Below, in pieces: positions 13,645-27,327 of a stretch of 64,000 nt of DNA. The first letter of the stretch is position 1. The number at the start of each line of letters is the position of its first letter. The notes beneath the pieces are model-generated. The model was given only the letters and a program-made list of their open reading frames with translations, did no database searches and was not told the origin of the DNA. The position numbers were made by a program, and so were the translations under genes. Source of the stretch: Raja brachyura (Eukaryota); NCBI GenBank assembly GCA_963514005.1, contig OY740813.1, positions 22,320,001-22,384,000 of the forward strand. Reading direction: 5' to 3'.

Positions 13645-14500
13645 GAGCTGCAAAGGGACTTGGGAGAGCTGATGCAGGATTCCCAAGGAGTTCATTTGCA
13701 AGTCAATTTGGTAGTAAGGAAGGCAAATGCAATGCTAGCATTTATTTCGAGAGGACTACAACATTAAAACAGGAATGTATTGCTGAGGCTTTATAAGGGA
13801 TTGGTCAGACCGTATTTGGAATATTGTAAGCAGTTTTGGGCCCAATATCTGAGGAAGGATGTGCTGACATTGGAGAGGGTCCACAGGAGGCCTACGAGAA
13901 TGATCCCAGGAACGATTGGGTTAACATATGATGAGCATGTGATGGCACTGGGCTTGTATTCACTGGAGTTTAGAAGAATGAGGGGAGACCTCATTGAAAC
14001 GTGAAATAGTGAAAGGCCTGGATAGAGTGGATGAGGAGAGGATGTTTCCACTAGTGGGAGAGTCTAGCACCAGAGGAATTTCTTTATTCCAAGGGTGGTG
14101 AATCTGTGGAATTCATCGCCACAGACGGCTGTGGAGGCAGCAGAATTGGGTTGAGAGGTAAAGATAGGGTCAGCCATGATTGAATGGCAGAGTAGACTTG
14201 AATGGGTCGAATGGCTGAATTCTGCTCCTATAACTTATGAACATGAACATTTACTCACAGCAAACTCTTCAGTCTTTCTCCCAGGTAGAGGATTCTGCAA
14301 CTAGAGGGGATAGGATTACGGTACGAGGGGAAGGTTTAAATGGGACCTCAAGGGCAATTAAACTACGACCACATATAAACGGATAGGAAAGATATATGGA
14401 CAGAGGTTTTTGGGCCAAATGGGACTAGCCCAACATGCCAACCTTCTTGGCAAGACGTACATGGGATCCAGGGCCTGTTGCCATGCTGTAAAACTCTTTT
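13645..14500 (+). mobile_element. CR1-clade LINE 3' fragments
   Basis: QRDLG...KANAMLAFISRG, LVRPYLEYC.QFW, RRMRGDLIET and a CR1 3' UTR; a second degraded tail follows at about 14270-14500. Confidence 0.85.
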
Positions 14501-15931
14501 CAACTGGTACAAGTTTGACAATTCATCAGAGCTTCTATACGTCTTCAGAACCAAAAACAAAAAGTACATATGTACAAAGTCCCCTCTCAATAGAATCCAT
14601 TTGTGCAGTGAAACGTTCATTTTGTCTCAGTTTATCCTTGAAAGCATTCCACAGACGGATTTACACAATATCAAACGGCTCCTTTAAACTGAATGGAAAG
14701 AGCTGGATAAAGGAAATAAATGCACCTTGTGAGAGTGACACAAGTATTCACAATGGGAGCATCCGAAGTGTCAACAAGTTGAATGGGTGAATCCATCGCA
14801 ACAAAGAGTACAATTATTCCAATATCACAAAGAATATACTTATCAAAAACATACTTCTACACATATTGTACATGAAAGTGCATGCTGGGCCTCAATGGAA
14901 GATTTATTTTCAATCATATTCTTTAAACTGAACACCTTCTTCTCCAATCCCCACATAAGATGTGTCAAAGATGAAAATACTCTGAAGTATTTTCTATAAA
15001 CTATTCATGAAACTAGTCTTTCAAAGTGAAAACAGGAGCTGGGGTTTTTATTTGAAGAAACTGGAATCTCAGTTCAACGTGCGTGGAAGTGCTTTAACCA
15101 AAATATGAATGGCCTGTGCTATCTTTTTACTGGCCTACAATAGTTCTCCCTGCCCTCGTGGCGTAGTGGATTATGGGCTAGAGTCGGGTGGACCAGTTGC
15201 TGGGAAAACGGCTTCATGTGTTTATACTGAGTGCTGCCTTGTTTCACAATTTAATATGGCATGTGGCTTGCAATCACTTTTCACAAGTGCACATAAATAG
15301 TTTTTCAGCCCGAGTTCACGGGGGAGAGGTTATAAAATGTCAATGTTGCTAAATAAATCCAGGCATCATGAGCACACTAACTGGAATGGAAGACCTCCGC
15401 TGGTCACCATTGACAGCGAGTGTGTAAAAGTGTGCATGAGGGACAGCTTTATAACATGAATACCAAGCAGCCGAGCTATTCCCTTGTTGCGAGTCCGTAC
15501 GGATATCAAAGTATTGCGTGACAAAATATTTCATGTAATATTTCAGATTTTAAACACTGATATTTTCTATCTAGTCTGCAAGTGCTATTGTTTTGGACCT
15601 GCAGATATGAAACAGCGGTGGTGACTAGACTAGACTAGAGTGTGCCAGAGGCAAGATCAACACACTTGAATTTGAACCCCAGTGGTGCAGCTTAAATTTG
15701 GGTGACTCAATTCAATAATCTGAAATCAATTGACCCGAAGCGTCACCCATTCCTTCTCTCCAGAGATGCTGCCTGTCTCGCTGAGTGACTCCAGCTTTTT
15801 GTGTCTATCCGAGGGAAAGAGACAGTCAGTGTTTCGGGTCGGGACCTTTCAGTTGGCTGAAAGAGAGGGGAGACAGCCAGAACAAAGAGGTGAGGGGGAG
15901 GGGTGTAGAAAGAACTGGCAAGCAATAGATA

Positions 15932-16240
15932 GGGCAGCACGGTGGCGCAGCGGTAGAGTTGCAGCTTTACAGCGCCGGAGACCTGAGTTCAATCCTGACT
16001 ACGGGTGCTGTCTGTACGGAGTTTGTACGTTCTCCCCGTAACCTGCATCGGTTTTCTCCGAGATCTCCGGTTTCCTCCCACACTCCAAAGGCATACAGGT
16101 GTGTCGGTTAATTGGCTTGGTATAAATGTAAATTGTCCCTAGTGCGTGTAGGATAGTGTTAATGTGCGGTGATTGCTGGTCGGCGGGGCCGAAGGGCCTG
16201 TTTCCATGCTGTATCTCCAAACTAAACTAAACTAAATCAA
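15932..16240 (+). mobile_element. HE1/V-SINE-like SINE, well preserved
   Basis: gggcagcacggtggcgcagcggtagagttg ... ctgtatctccaaactaaactaaactaaa. Confidence 0.9.
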
Positions 16241-16259
16241 ACTTAGACCTGTCCTGGTG

Positions 16260-16692
16260 AAAAAGTGTGGCTGGCAGATGGAATCAGGGGAGCGGGTAGT
16301 TGGAAATAGCAACAAGAGGCTGGGAGGAGATAGGTGGAGGCAATAAAGGGCTCCAGGTGATGGAATCTGACAGGGAAGGAAGGAGAAGCATGGGACCAAA
16401 TAAGGGTGGCAGGGAGGACAGATGAGAACAATGGAGGGAGGGCACTCAGTGGGAGGGGTGCGTGGGCAATGGATGGCGGGTAGTTTGTGGGGGAAGGGGA
16501 AAGAAACTGGGTGAAAGGGGGCTGTGGGGAGGGGGGGGGGGAGAGTTGGGAGGAAAAGAAGGACCTGATAGAGTGGATGTGGGTGGATCGGGAGGGATAG
16601 AGGGGAGCAGATACCTGAAACTGGAGATTTCAATGTCATGCCGTCGGCTTGCAGTCTAGCCAGGCAGAATACAAGGTGCTGGACCTCCAATT
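16260..16692 (-). mobile_element. Penelope-like element 3' fragment (GIY-YIG C-terminus and 3' UTR)
   Basis: Minus ORF begins EVQHLVFCLARLQADGM, resembling the recalled EEQHLIFRLG.LQP.GMN C-terminus of PLE proteins, then a C/T-rich UTR. Similar UTRs at about 9350-9870 and 19160-19495. Confidence 0.65.
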
Positions 16693-17197
16693 TATATATA
16701 CTTATATAACTGTCTGAGGGAAGATTACATTATCATTAAATAACCTGAGGAATAGGTTTAAACTCTAACCAAGCAAAATTGCAGGAAATGCCACAATCTA
16801 CATTCATATCTGACCTTGACTACGAGGTTCTTTAATTTGAATCGTCTTTTAATCCTGCTGGCAATTATATTCAATTCAACATTCATTGTCATGGTTTGAT
16901 ATGATTGCAATTGTTCAAGTGAATCACAACTATGTCACTCCATATCACTTTACTGTATCTCTAGTTTTTACCGGTCAGTGTGCTTTTTGGGTTCACAAAT
17001 GGTAAAATGTGAATCAGGATATGATTCTCAACACAAAGTTAGTTGATTACAACTTGTGTCACCCTGGACAATTAGCAGCAGGAAAAACATTTCTCAAAGA
17101 TCAAAGTGCTGAGAAGTCCTGGTTGGATTGTTGTATATACGACATATGGCTTTTGACAAAGTTCTGATGCAATATCCTTTATATTTAATTGAGAGAT

Positions 17198-17508
17198 TTT
17201 AGTTTGGAGATACCGCGTGGAAACAGGCCCTTAGGCCCACTGAGTCCATGCCGACAGCGATCTCTGCACACTAACACTATCCTACACACACACTAGGGGC
17301 AATTTACAATTTACAAATTTACGGAAGCCACTTAACCTATAAACCCTGTGCATCTTTGGAGTGTGGGAGGAAACCGGAGCACCCAGAGAAAACCCACACA
17401 GGTCACGGGGAGAACGTAATAACTCTGTACGGACAGCACCCGTGGTCGGGATTGAACCCTGGTCTCTGGCGCTGTCAGGTTGCAACTCCACCACTGCGCC
17501 ACCATGCC
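17198..17508 (-). mobile_element. HE1/V-SINE-like SINE
   Basis: Full-length reverse copy. Confidence 0.88.
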
Positions 17509-20319
17509 AAGCATATTATATGTAAGATAAACCACATCTCCTCGGTACTTAGGAAAGGTCTTGAATGAATGGATGCAATGCACGAATATTTACTTATTGT
17601 TCTTACAAATAAATCATTGCAGCAGATTCCCAGCAACCCAACCTGAAACATCATCTGTTAATTTCCTCCACCGATGCTGTCTGACCCACTCAGTTCCTCC
17701 AGCACTTTGACTTTTTCCCCCACTGTTAGCTATCATGCTTTTGGGATTGCCAGGGGTCATTTAAGCTTTAACATAGAATATGTAGTATTAGGAGCTCAAA
17801 ACATTAATATTTTACCGCAGGTCCTGCACCGATCTTCTGGACCTTTCCAGGGCCTTTCTGGATTATCCGTTTTTCCCGACCAACATAGAGAGGAATCAAA
17901 TGGATTTGGAACCAATTCTGCCTCGGCTGCCACATGGACAAGATACGTGACCAGCAGAGCCGGCCTTGGAAGGCGACTGTGGGAACGGATCTGCCAGCTC
18001 CAGCCAGGTTGGAGAGCAAATTCGACCCGCTGATCCGCCACAAAACTTCACTATGGGAACGGAGTTGCCACAGAGGGGAAAATCCGGCCTGCCGATTGGC
18101 GTGGAGGTTCCAGTGAGGTCGGGATCAGCTGCCTCACTCGGCCTGGGCGTCCGGGAGGGGGGGGGGTATTTCATGTGCACTCTCATAATTATATCTGGAT
18201 TAAACAAGGTGCCAAGCCGCGAGTTGATGGACCTCCAGTACAACAAGGATTTACACATTTTACATATCAATTTACTTCTGTAGGATGTTTCTCACTAAAG
18301 TAGTTGGCTCGTCCAAAACATCATGGACTGGCTTTGGATATTCTTCTTCTGTTGTATCTATAAGAGGACAATTTCGAGTCGTTCTATGCTTAAACAATTG
18401 GTACAGAACAAAATGCTAATTTTTTTTTTTCTAAACAAATAATAGATTATTGCAGAGTCTGCAAGGATAGATTAAACAGCACGTGACATCAACAGCAGCT
18501 GGCCACAGTTCTCTGGGTTGTACACAACTCATCTGGGTGTGCTGGTTTAATTAGCCCACTGTTTAAGAAAATACTTTACATATGGACTCAAAAATTAATG
18601 AAAGTTACCATTCTTATGGTGCACTTCCGAGAATGCACAGAAACGAAACAAGAAAGGCTTTGCTTTAAAAGTCAATACCGCCTCTTGCTTCAATCAGTCA
18701 GGCGACTGACTGACTCATAAACAAGAAGTTATGAGCTGAAGTCTCGGGCCTGCTGGTTACCTGAGCTCTGCTGTTGCAACTGAACGAGATTTGTTAGTTC
18801 TCAGTTGGAATGCTATATGGGGCAATGAACCAAAGCAAGGCACTTAGAGATAAAATCTGGTATCTAATTTCCTCCACTTGAACCCCGCTCTTTAAAGCCA
18901 GGCATTTGGTGGCCATTTTGTCAGCTGGACGCTCACAAACACTGAATTTGGAGAAGCTCTGGGACAAAATTCAGCATCCAGAAGAATCAGTTCATGCTGA
19001 GTCCCAGAAGGTTCACAAAGCAATTCTTCACCCCACAAAGGTATATTTATTCAAATACTTAATTATTTTGTTCTCTGTGATAGAACTGCACTTCCAAATG
19101 AAAAATATCCCAGGAATGTCCTGGTTTATCAAGTGTATATTGAAAAAAAACTTTGGAGAAAAGGTTCTTCAGACGGATTGTATTGGGGGGGGGGGGGAGC
19201 TGGAAATAAGATGTGGGGGTAGGACAAAGTCAGGCAAGTGATAGGTGGATACAGGTAAGATTGATTGGCAGATGGACAAAGGTTTGGGATAAAAAGACAA
19301 AAGGCAGTGAGATAAGGAGATAAGAAGGGAAGAGGTGTGAAACGTGACGTCAGAGAAAGGGATATACGTAGAAGGGGCCGGGTGAGGGGATGAGGAAAGG
19401 GGCTGAGATTGGAGGAGAAATGGGTGCTCAACCAGGTGGGGCACACGCATGAGATGGGGGGGGGGGGGGGGGGGGGTGAATGGGGGAGGGGGGGGTGAGG
19501 TTTAATTACTTTGCAGAGTTCAGTAATGAAATCAGAGTTTGCCCTCGTGTAAAACGAAAACGGACTGCCCACGATTTGAATCTGTTTATGTGCTAGTATT
19601 AATATCAATGGGATTACCTTCCTTGGGATGAGATCCTGCCCTAACACAGAACACTCACCAGAAGATGAGGTATCTAGAAATAAATATTATCCATCAGTAA
19701 TGTGTTTGTCTCTTAGGTTAGAGAATGACAAACAAGTTGATGAATGGGTTTTTTTTTGGATAATGGAAAGTGCACAGGTGATTACTGGTTTAAAGGATGA
19801 ATCTCCATGGAGTGCGATCTGAGCAATGTGATACCTGGTGTCATTATGCACAAAAAACACTGTCCTTCTATTGTCATTCCCCATGAAGAGGAAAGTATCT
19901 TGTAAGTTTTTCTGCTGTGTCTGTGGATAATAATCTACAGGTAGCTTTGGATAAAAAATAATGACTGCACACAGCACACCTGTGATCTCTTTCATTTCCA
20001 AATGACACTCCATGTTCCTCAGCTGGAAGCAGAAACAAAGAGCTTCCAATGCAAGCACTTAAAGCAATGAGGGAATTCATTTTCTCTTGGTTCCCATGAA
20101 AATGCGCACCCTCGGGGGAAAAAGAATTATAAATCTGAGAAAAATTAATGAAATAAAAGTAGCACTTTCTTCACAATTCTTCGAAATCATTTCACATTTA
20201 GATGTTGCATTAAAAACACACACGGAATGATTTTCACCAGCTAACTTCATGCAATGTACATTTTTCCCATTCAAATTGGATTTTCTGTTAAAATGATCAT
20301 TAAATTCGGTTAAGTTACG

Positions 20320-20630
20320 AGCGGCACTGTGCTACAGCTGGCAGAGCTGCAGCCTCACAGCGCAGGGGACCAGGGTTCAATCTTGACCTCTAGTGCTGCC
20401 TGTGAGTTTACACGTTCTCCCGGCGACCGCTTGGCTTTCCTCCAGGTCCTGGGGTTTCCTCCCACATCCCAAACACATTTTTGGTCAATTGGCCTCTGCA
20501 AATTGTCCCTGGTGTGTAGAGAGTGGGGGGGAAAGTGGGATAACATAGAATTAGAGCAAATGGGTGATCATCAGTCAATGTGGACTCGTTGGGCCGAAGG
20601 GCCTGTTTCCATGCTGCATCTAAACTAAAT
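20320..20630 (+). mobile_element. HE1/V-SINE-like SINE (gggataacatagaa subtype)
   Basis: Same architecture; this subtype also occurs at about 11728, 43933-44165, 47845-48170 and 50515-50810. Confidence 0.8.
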
Positions 20631-22189
20631 CAGATTACATTAATTTACTCGTTAAGTAGATTTTAGTTTAGAAAAAATATAAATGATTACCATTGAATGA
20701 AAGGCATTAAAAGCAAGCTATATAACCAACTTCATGTCACACACTGATTTAGTTAATGTCTTTAGGAGATACTGCCAAAGATGCAACTCTAAAGGCTTTA
20801 TTTTGTACTCCAGTTATAGTAACACATAATTTCACATCTGTCGAGCAAAATACGAAGTGCGCAACAGCCAGCGAGTACTTAAAGTACTTAGAAGTGTCAC
20901 ATTATGGTTTTCTCGACATGAAGCAGTTTACTCTGGTGCATAAATAAGATTTCATGTATGTGCTTTAGCTGCTATCCACAGGAATGTTCACACATCACTG
21001 AGGGAAAGGTCTCATAGTCTAAACCCTTTCCAGATGACATCAAGCGAACATGTTTTTAATTAAGCAGATTCAAGAAAATGACAGCTCGGTGTCAGAAGAC
21101 CAAAGCCTTGAACACGGCAGGAAGTCTTGAGATTGCAAACGGCGAGTCTGCTGGAACCATGGTCATTGAACTGTACAGAAACAGGAAGACCACTCCATCC
21201 AGAGAAACCTGGTAATTTTTAATATGCTCAGAAGCCTGGGAGGAACAAAAACTGTCACACAGATTCTATTGAAAATCTATGACTGCAAAGCTTAATTAAC
21301 AGAATCACATCTTTGCTTTCAATCTTCAAAATTACTCTGGAAACTCAGGCATAAAAATGAAACTTCCAGCCAAGATGTCAGATAAACTCACTTTAGAGAT
21401 GATGAATAAACTAGCAGGCATCAGAGACAAATTAAATGAATATTTCATATGCACAGGGGAACCAGAAAGAGTAGCCAAATGTGAGGATGAGTAGAAAATG
21501 AATTGATTATGATGGGCGATACTCTCTGATAGTGTAATGTACAGTCATTCATATGAATCGTGGCACAACATGCAATAACTAACAAAATATATCCAGGCAG
21601 CTGCAATTAAAAATATTTAAAGAAACAGGAGGTTGAAGTATAGCAGGATCCTTTGGATTTATAAACAGCGGCTCCTCTATCCCCCACCCCCCAGAAGTTT
21701 TTAAACTGCACTATCATTACACATAAATACTTACCCCAAAAGAATATCTCTCCACTATTTGCTATTCTGTAAAAAAATTTACAGACTTATTTTAAAGCTT
21801 ATTTTACAAGACTTATTTTTAAAAATTATTAAAAGTACACATTGCATTTTTTTTAAATCGTGAATTATGTAACATTGATTTTAAGAAATAAGAATTTATT
21901 TTTCTTTAGGCATTTCAAAAATGTGTGGTATGGAAACATTGAAAGATAGGTGCAGGAGTCTGCCATTCGGCCCTTCAAACCATGGCTGAATATCTGAAAT
22001 CAGTACCCCATTCCTGCTTTTTCCCCATATCCCTTGATTCCTTTTTAGCCCTAAGAGCTAAATCTAACTTTCTCTTGACAATGAATGATTTGTAGAGCTT
22101 AGATTTATATGCAGATAACAACATGTAAAAATGTTAAATGTAATTTGTGACATTTCGAAAAGAGTGGTGAGCAAGTTACTACAAAATCT

Positions 22190-23950
22190 GCGGAAAAATA
22201 AATTATAAATCATTGTTTAGGGAGGTGGAGTTTAATTAAGGATAGTCAGCAAAGACTTGTTAGGAGAAGGTCATGTCTGACCAACTTGATTGAATTTTTG
22301 GAAGAGGCAAACGATGGATTGATTAGAGCAGCACATTTTAGAAGTGTACATGGATTTTAGTATTTGAAGTCCAAAAAAGTAGAAAGCCCAAGGGAAAGCA
22401 ATAAAGTTGGCTCAGAGGCAGAAAATAAAGGGTAATGGTTGACAAGGGTTGACAATGGTTGCAGTGCCTGAATGGAATGTTTTTTTATTTTTGTCTTTCG
22501 CAGGAAATACTATTGTCAAGTCTAATACCAAGAGTAATAGATAGAAAGGAGAAAGGTTTTTTGAAGATAACATGGAAATGATCATGTGGGTATAAAAGAG
22601 GCAAATGGAATTCAATCCAAGGTAACGTCAGTAATGTATCTGGAGACAGAACACTAAACGGTATAACACAGGGAAATGGAGTGGAATTCTCGAAGGCCGC
22701 AACAGAGATACACAAGATTGATAAGAAAGGATCAAAGGTAAGTGTATTTATTGGTCACAAGGCAGACACAAAGTGCTGGAGTAATTCAGTAGGACAGCCA
22801 GCATCTCTGGAGAGAAAGGATGGGTGACGTTTCGGGTCGAGACCCTTCTTCCGACCTTTCAGACCCGAAACGTCACCCATTCCTTCTCTCCAGGGATGCT
22901 GCCCGTCCTGCTGAGTTACTCCAGCACTTTGTGTCTGTTTTTGGTTTAAACCAGCATCTGCAGTTCCTTCCGACACAGAGTCTCAAGGCATGGAGATCAT
23001 GATTGAAGTGTGTTAACGTTTCACTTTACTGCTCTTCAAAGATGGAAATTAAAATTCAAAAGTGGTCGGCGTCAATTTCAGAAAGCAGCGCACTCCGAGT
23101 GAAACCAAGTGCCGGGTTACCTGTCCACCATGTATACAGCTTCCACACAACCGCAATGGCATTTTGGCAAAGAGGTCTTTCTGAGTCTTTCCCGGTGTTT
23201 GATAGGGAGCTGTGATTTAGATTTTGGGAACAAATTTACAATGCGTATGATAGGATGAGCAAAGTTGCAGAATATTGTGCCAGGGTTGATCATTATAGGG
23301 GGAAATTAACAAAACTGGAATTGTTTCCTATGGAACAATGAAAGTTGAGGGTACATTTAATTGGTATAAAATCTTGAGAGAACGAGAAACAATTAATAGA
23401 GAATGCCTGTCTCTCTCAGCTGTCGAGTGGACTGGAGTTGACTGTCACTAGCATAAGTACTGTGAGGTACCTACACAATGAAAATATTACTTGCAAGAGT
23501 ATCACAGCACATAGACTCAAACATTGCACACAAAAACATAAATTGTACATAAACTACGCATATATTTTATGACAGTGAATAGAAAAAAACTGTGGGGAAA
23601 ACCCCATAAGTGCACATTTAGAAAACAGGTCCTTAATAGTGCAAGAGGTCATCAAAGAGGTCATCAAACTCAACAAAAGCTTTTCTTTGTATCTTGGTAC
23701 ACGTGACAATAAACTAGACTCAACTGAACTGAGAAGCAGTGGTGAAATGATTTGAGGTGAACTGATAGTGTCACCCAAATAATGGGCTCAGTCAGAAGTT
23801 CGCTTCCTTAGATAATAATGGAGCAGATTTATTTGCCGCGTGCGTGTGTACAGGAACATGAAAAATGGGATTTGCCTAAAAACTGTTCCATGTCTTGCAT
23901 GGACATGATGGGCTGAATGGTCTCCTTGTGTGTCATAATTTTTAATGATT
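22190..23950 (+). mobile_element. Highly degraded CR1 LINE, interrupted by younger repeats
   Basis: aggtcatgtctgaccaacttgattgaattttt (RSCLTNLIEF-like) near 22270, later RT-like remnants, and a CR1-type 3' end near 23900. Confidence 0.55.
22765..22979. mobile_element. Palindromic Penelope-like pLTR insertion
   Basis: Arms of about 75 bp (gacacaaagtgctggagtaa...ttactccagcactttgtgtc), flanked by gtcacaaggca / gtctcaaggca. Confidence 0.75.
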
Positions 23951-24807
23951 CCACGTATTCCCACAAAAAGACATTTCCTCTAGATGAGTGTAAAATTGAC
24001 CAGTCCAGTAATGTGGTGTACGCATTATTGGATTGACATTCAGTAAGTATACTGATCCAGACACAAGATTGATTCTCAACACGGCATTTGAGAAATTTAC
24101 AGTACCCGATAATTAAATCTTTTTTTTAAAACTGCGGTCTCTATCATAGTAGTCATGAAACTGACCAGGTTCACTAAAGTCTGGTCCTTGGAAAGCTCCC
24201 CAAAAGTTCTCTGACCGGCCTGGGAAGTGGGACCTGAAGGCCTTGGCGGCGGGCGGGAGCAGAGAGGCGGTGCTGGAGGGCACCGATGGCATGGCTGCAG
24301 TTGTTGTGGGTCGTGGTGGTGGTGGCGGAGGCCCTACTGTAGCCGGGTGAGTGAGTGGATCGAGTGCAGAACGGCAGTGGAAGGAGTGACAGCATCGCAC
24401 TAGGCCATACCGGCCCCTACTTCATCAATCCAGTGCTGCCCGGATACTGGGTCTTAGAGCGAGGATCTATCTCATGGGGCAAAACTTGGACCTTTCAAAG
24501 ACTTGCAAGTTATAAGATGGCGCCAGAACGTGGTGGCATGCTAGAGGACCTCTTGTACTCATGTGTGGTATGGTTTGATTGGATAGCATGCACGAGTAGG
24601 GATTCAATGTATCTCTGCATGCGTGACAATTATAAACTAATTTCCTTGAGGGAAGGAAATCAGCCATCAGCCATTTGGACTGTATGTATGTACTGCAGAC
24701 CCCATCAATATGGCTGATTCTTGCACCAGGGCAGTTGTGGAAGGATAATAAATGCCCACAGTGCGAGAAATATCCACCTTCTTTGAATGCATACTTAAAA
24801 AGAAAAC

Positions 24808-25280
24808 CTTTAGACTTTAGAGATACAGTGTGGTAACAGGCCCTTCAGCCCACTGAGTCCGTGCCGACCAGAGATCACCCCAATCTCCAGCATTATCCTA
24901 CACACCAGAGACAATTTACAATTTACTGGGGCGGCATGGTGCCCTACACGCTTACAGCGTCAGAGACACAGGTTCAATCCTGGCTAAGGGTGCTTGTCTG
25001 TACGGACTTTTTACATTCTCCCCGTGGCCTGCGTGGTTTTTTTTTCCGAGAATGTAAAAATTGTAGTGAGGGTAGTGTTAATATGCAGGGATCTCTGGTG
25101 GGCCAAGGGGCCTGTTTCCACGCTGTATCTGTAAACTAAACTAAAGAAAACTAAAATAAAGGAGCCAATTAACCTACAAACCTATACGTCTTTGGAGTGT
25201 GGGACTCGTAGCCAGGATCGAGCCCGTGTCTCTTGAATCTCTACATAGGGCCACCCTTTGGGCCACTGTGCTGCCCACTA
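24808..25280. mobile_element. Nested SINEs: a plus copy (about 24930-25145) inside a minus copy
   Basis: The minus copy tail at 24808-24928 resumes at about 25160 (gccaattaacctacaaacc) after the plus-strand copy. Confidence 0.75.
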
Positions 25281-26124
25281 TGGTTGCAATGAATCTTGAT
25301 GTGTTCTTGCATTCTGAAATCACTCACTAAACGTCTTACACAACTCCTGATTCTCATGTAAAGTAAATTACTTGAGTAAATAATCAACATACTCTTTTTG
25401 GCACGAGTTGAATGTCAACACAGACCCCCAAGAAAAACCCTTGCACCTCTTCAAATAGGTTTAACACAACATTCAAAAGATGGCGCCTCTTGATAATTTA
25501 GTGTTGCACTAAGCTGTCAACCTACATTACGTGCTCTAGTCAAGACAAATGCCACACGAGGCCAGTTGAAACGGTTTATAATAAAATAGAATTGTTGACT
25601 TTGGATGCACTGTAAATTGTTGGAGCAAGTATTCCTTTTGTTTTATAGTCCAACCACATGGCCAAGAAAGCACACCAGCACATATTTTTTCCTCATAAGG
25701 CTAAGGAAATTCGGCATGCCTCCAAAGACACTTACCAATTTCTACAGATGCACAATGGAAAGAATCCTATCTGGGTACAGCACAGCTTGGTTCGCAACTG
25801 CTCTGCCCAACTCCACAGGGAATTGCAGTGAGATGTGAATGTAGCCCAGTCCCTCACGCAGACCAGTCACCCTCACCATTGACTCCACCTACACTTCATA
25901 CCGCCTAGCCAATAGGGAAAGCAGCCAATGTAATCAATTTTACTTCGGAGTCACGTGAGCGACTACGTGAAGACCCCGCCAGCACGCATGCGCGACATAT
26001 CGTCGAACGCATTGCGGAAGCGACAGTCGGGCGTAGGTTTAAAAACCTACTGAAGGTAAGTCTTACCATTCTGGTGAGCGTGGCGACTCGGTGTTCTTTT
26101 TTTTTCAGCAACGGGGAAAGCACC

Positions 26125-27325
26125 ATGGAGTCGCAAAAATCCAGGAGAGCAGTGGCAAAAACCGCTGCTGTGGAAAGCAGCCAGCAGCGTGCCGTCTCTC
26201 CAGAGCTGCAGGTGCTGCCAGCAGCTGCCGACTTCTCGCCGCAACAGACCGCAGGTGTGCCGCGGTCCGCCGGCAAAACCACCCGGAAGTCGGACAGGAC
26301 CGTTGACTCGGCTGGGTCCGGACCTGACCACACCCCGTTCGCGGATAGCGACGGCGGGCGTCTTTCCCGCAATCCCTCCAGCGTGACCTGCTTATGCAGG
26401 GGCAGAGTCACGCTGTGTCTCCTCGCAGACCCACAACAGCATCCTATCAAGGACTGCCAAAGTCTCACCCTCTTCGCAAGGGAGTATTAGGGGTCAGAGC
26501 TGGGCTGACCCTGAAGAAGGGGCAATTGCTGAAGACTTACCTGTGTCAGGGGTGCCAGAAGAGTTGTTGGGCATGGTTAATAAACATGCTGTACCAACCC
26601 AGAAAGGACTGCCTATACATCCAAAGCTGGCAGCCAGTATTAATTACATGGCTACAAACCAACTGCAGGAGCAAGCCATAAACAACACGGCAGAGAAATA
26701 CCTTGCTCCAGAGAACTGCATATCTCTTAATGTACCAGCAGTCAACAACCCCATCTGGGGCAACTTGAGCCCCTCTATAAGGAGCAAGGAGGTGAAACTC
26801 CAGAGAATCCTTAAACTGCTGGCTGCTGGTATCACAGCAGTAACCAGAACAGCTGATGGGGTTGAGATGCCTGAAGAGCTACAAGATGCTCTAGCACTCC
26901 TGTGTAATACTCAGTTTGAGATTAACAGTTACAGGAAGAGCATCATCAAGCCTGCACTCAATCCCAAATTTGTGGGATTATGCAGGACTAGTAGCACACA
27001 GCCACCAACTTTGCTGTTTGGGGACAACCTCCCGAAGCAGGTGAAAGACCTGGATGAGGAGGCCAAGGCTATAGGCCTGATCAAGGTGCCAAACACCTCT
27101 AAAACCCATTATCAGCAACGGCAGCACCCCTACACATCCACCAGACATCGGTACAACTAAAGACCATCTGGTGGTGAAAGCTCGAAGGCCGGCCCACCTG
27201 CTCAGCAGTCTTTTTTAGACCATGGCCCAGTCCGGCCTTCTTGGAAAATGCGCCAACCCCACAACGCAGCAACACAATACCAGAAGAAACAAGGGCAGAG
27301 ACAACCAATACAACACCGGCGGTAA
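26125..27325 (+). pseudogene. DIRS gag-like ORF1, disrupted
   Basis: Starts at caccATGG (26125), frameshifts near 26490-26540 into ORF 26543-27160 (PENCISLNVPAVNNPIW...RSKEVKLQ). Past the TAA at 27158 the same frame stays open to TAA 27323-27325, 2 nt before the pol ATG. Confidence 0.75.
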
Positions 27326-27327
27326 CC

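Noticed and set aside
19129-19647. Proline-rich minus ORFs (also 9628-9936)
   Set aside because: Translation of poly-G and purine-rich PLE UTR sequence.
25905-26468. 187-aa minus-strand ORF
   Set aside because: Antisense to the GC-rich start of DIRS gag; no motif.
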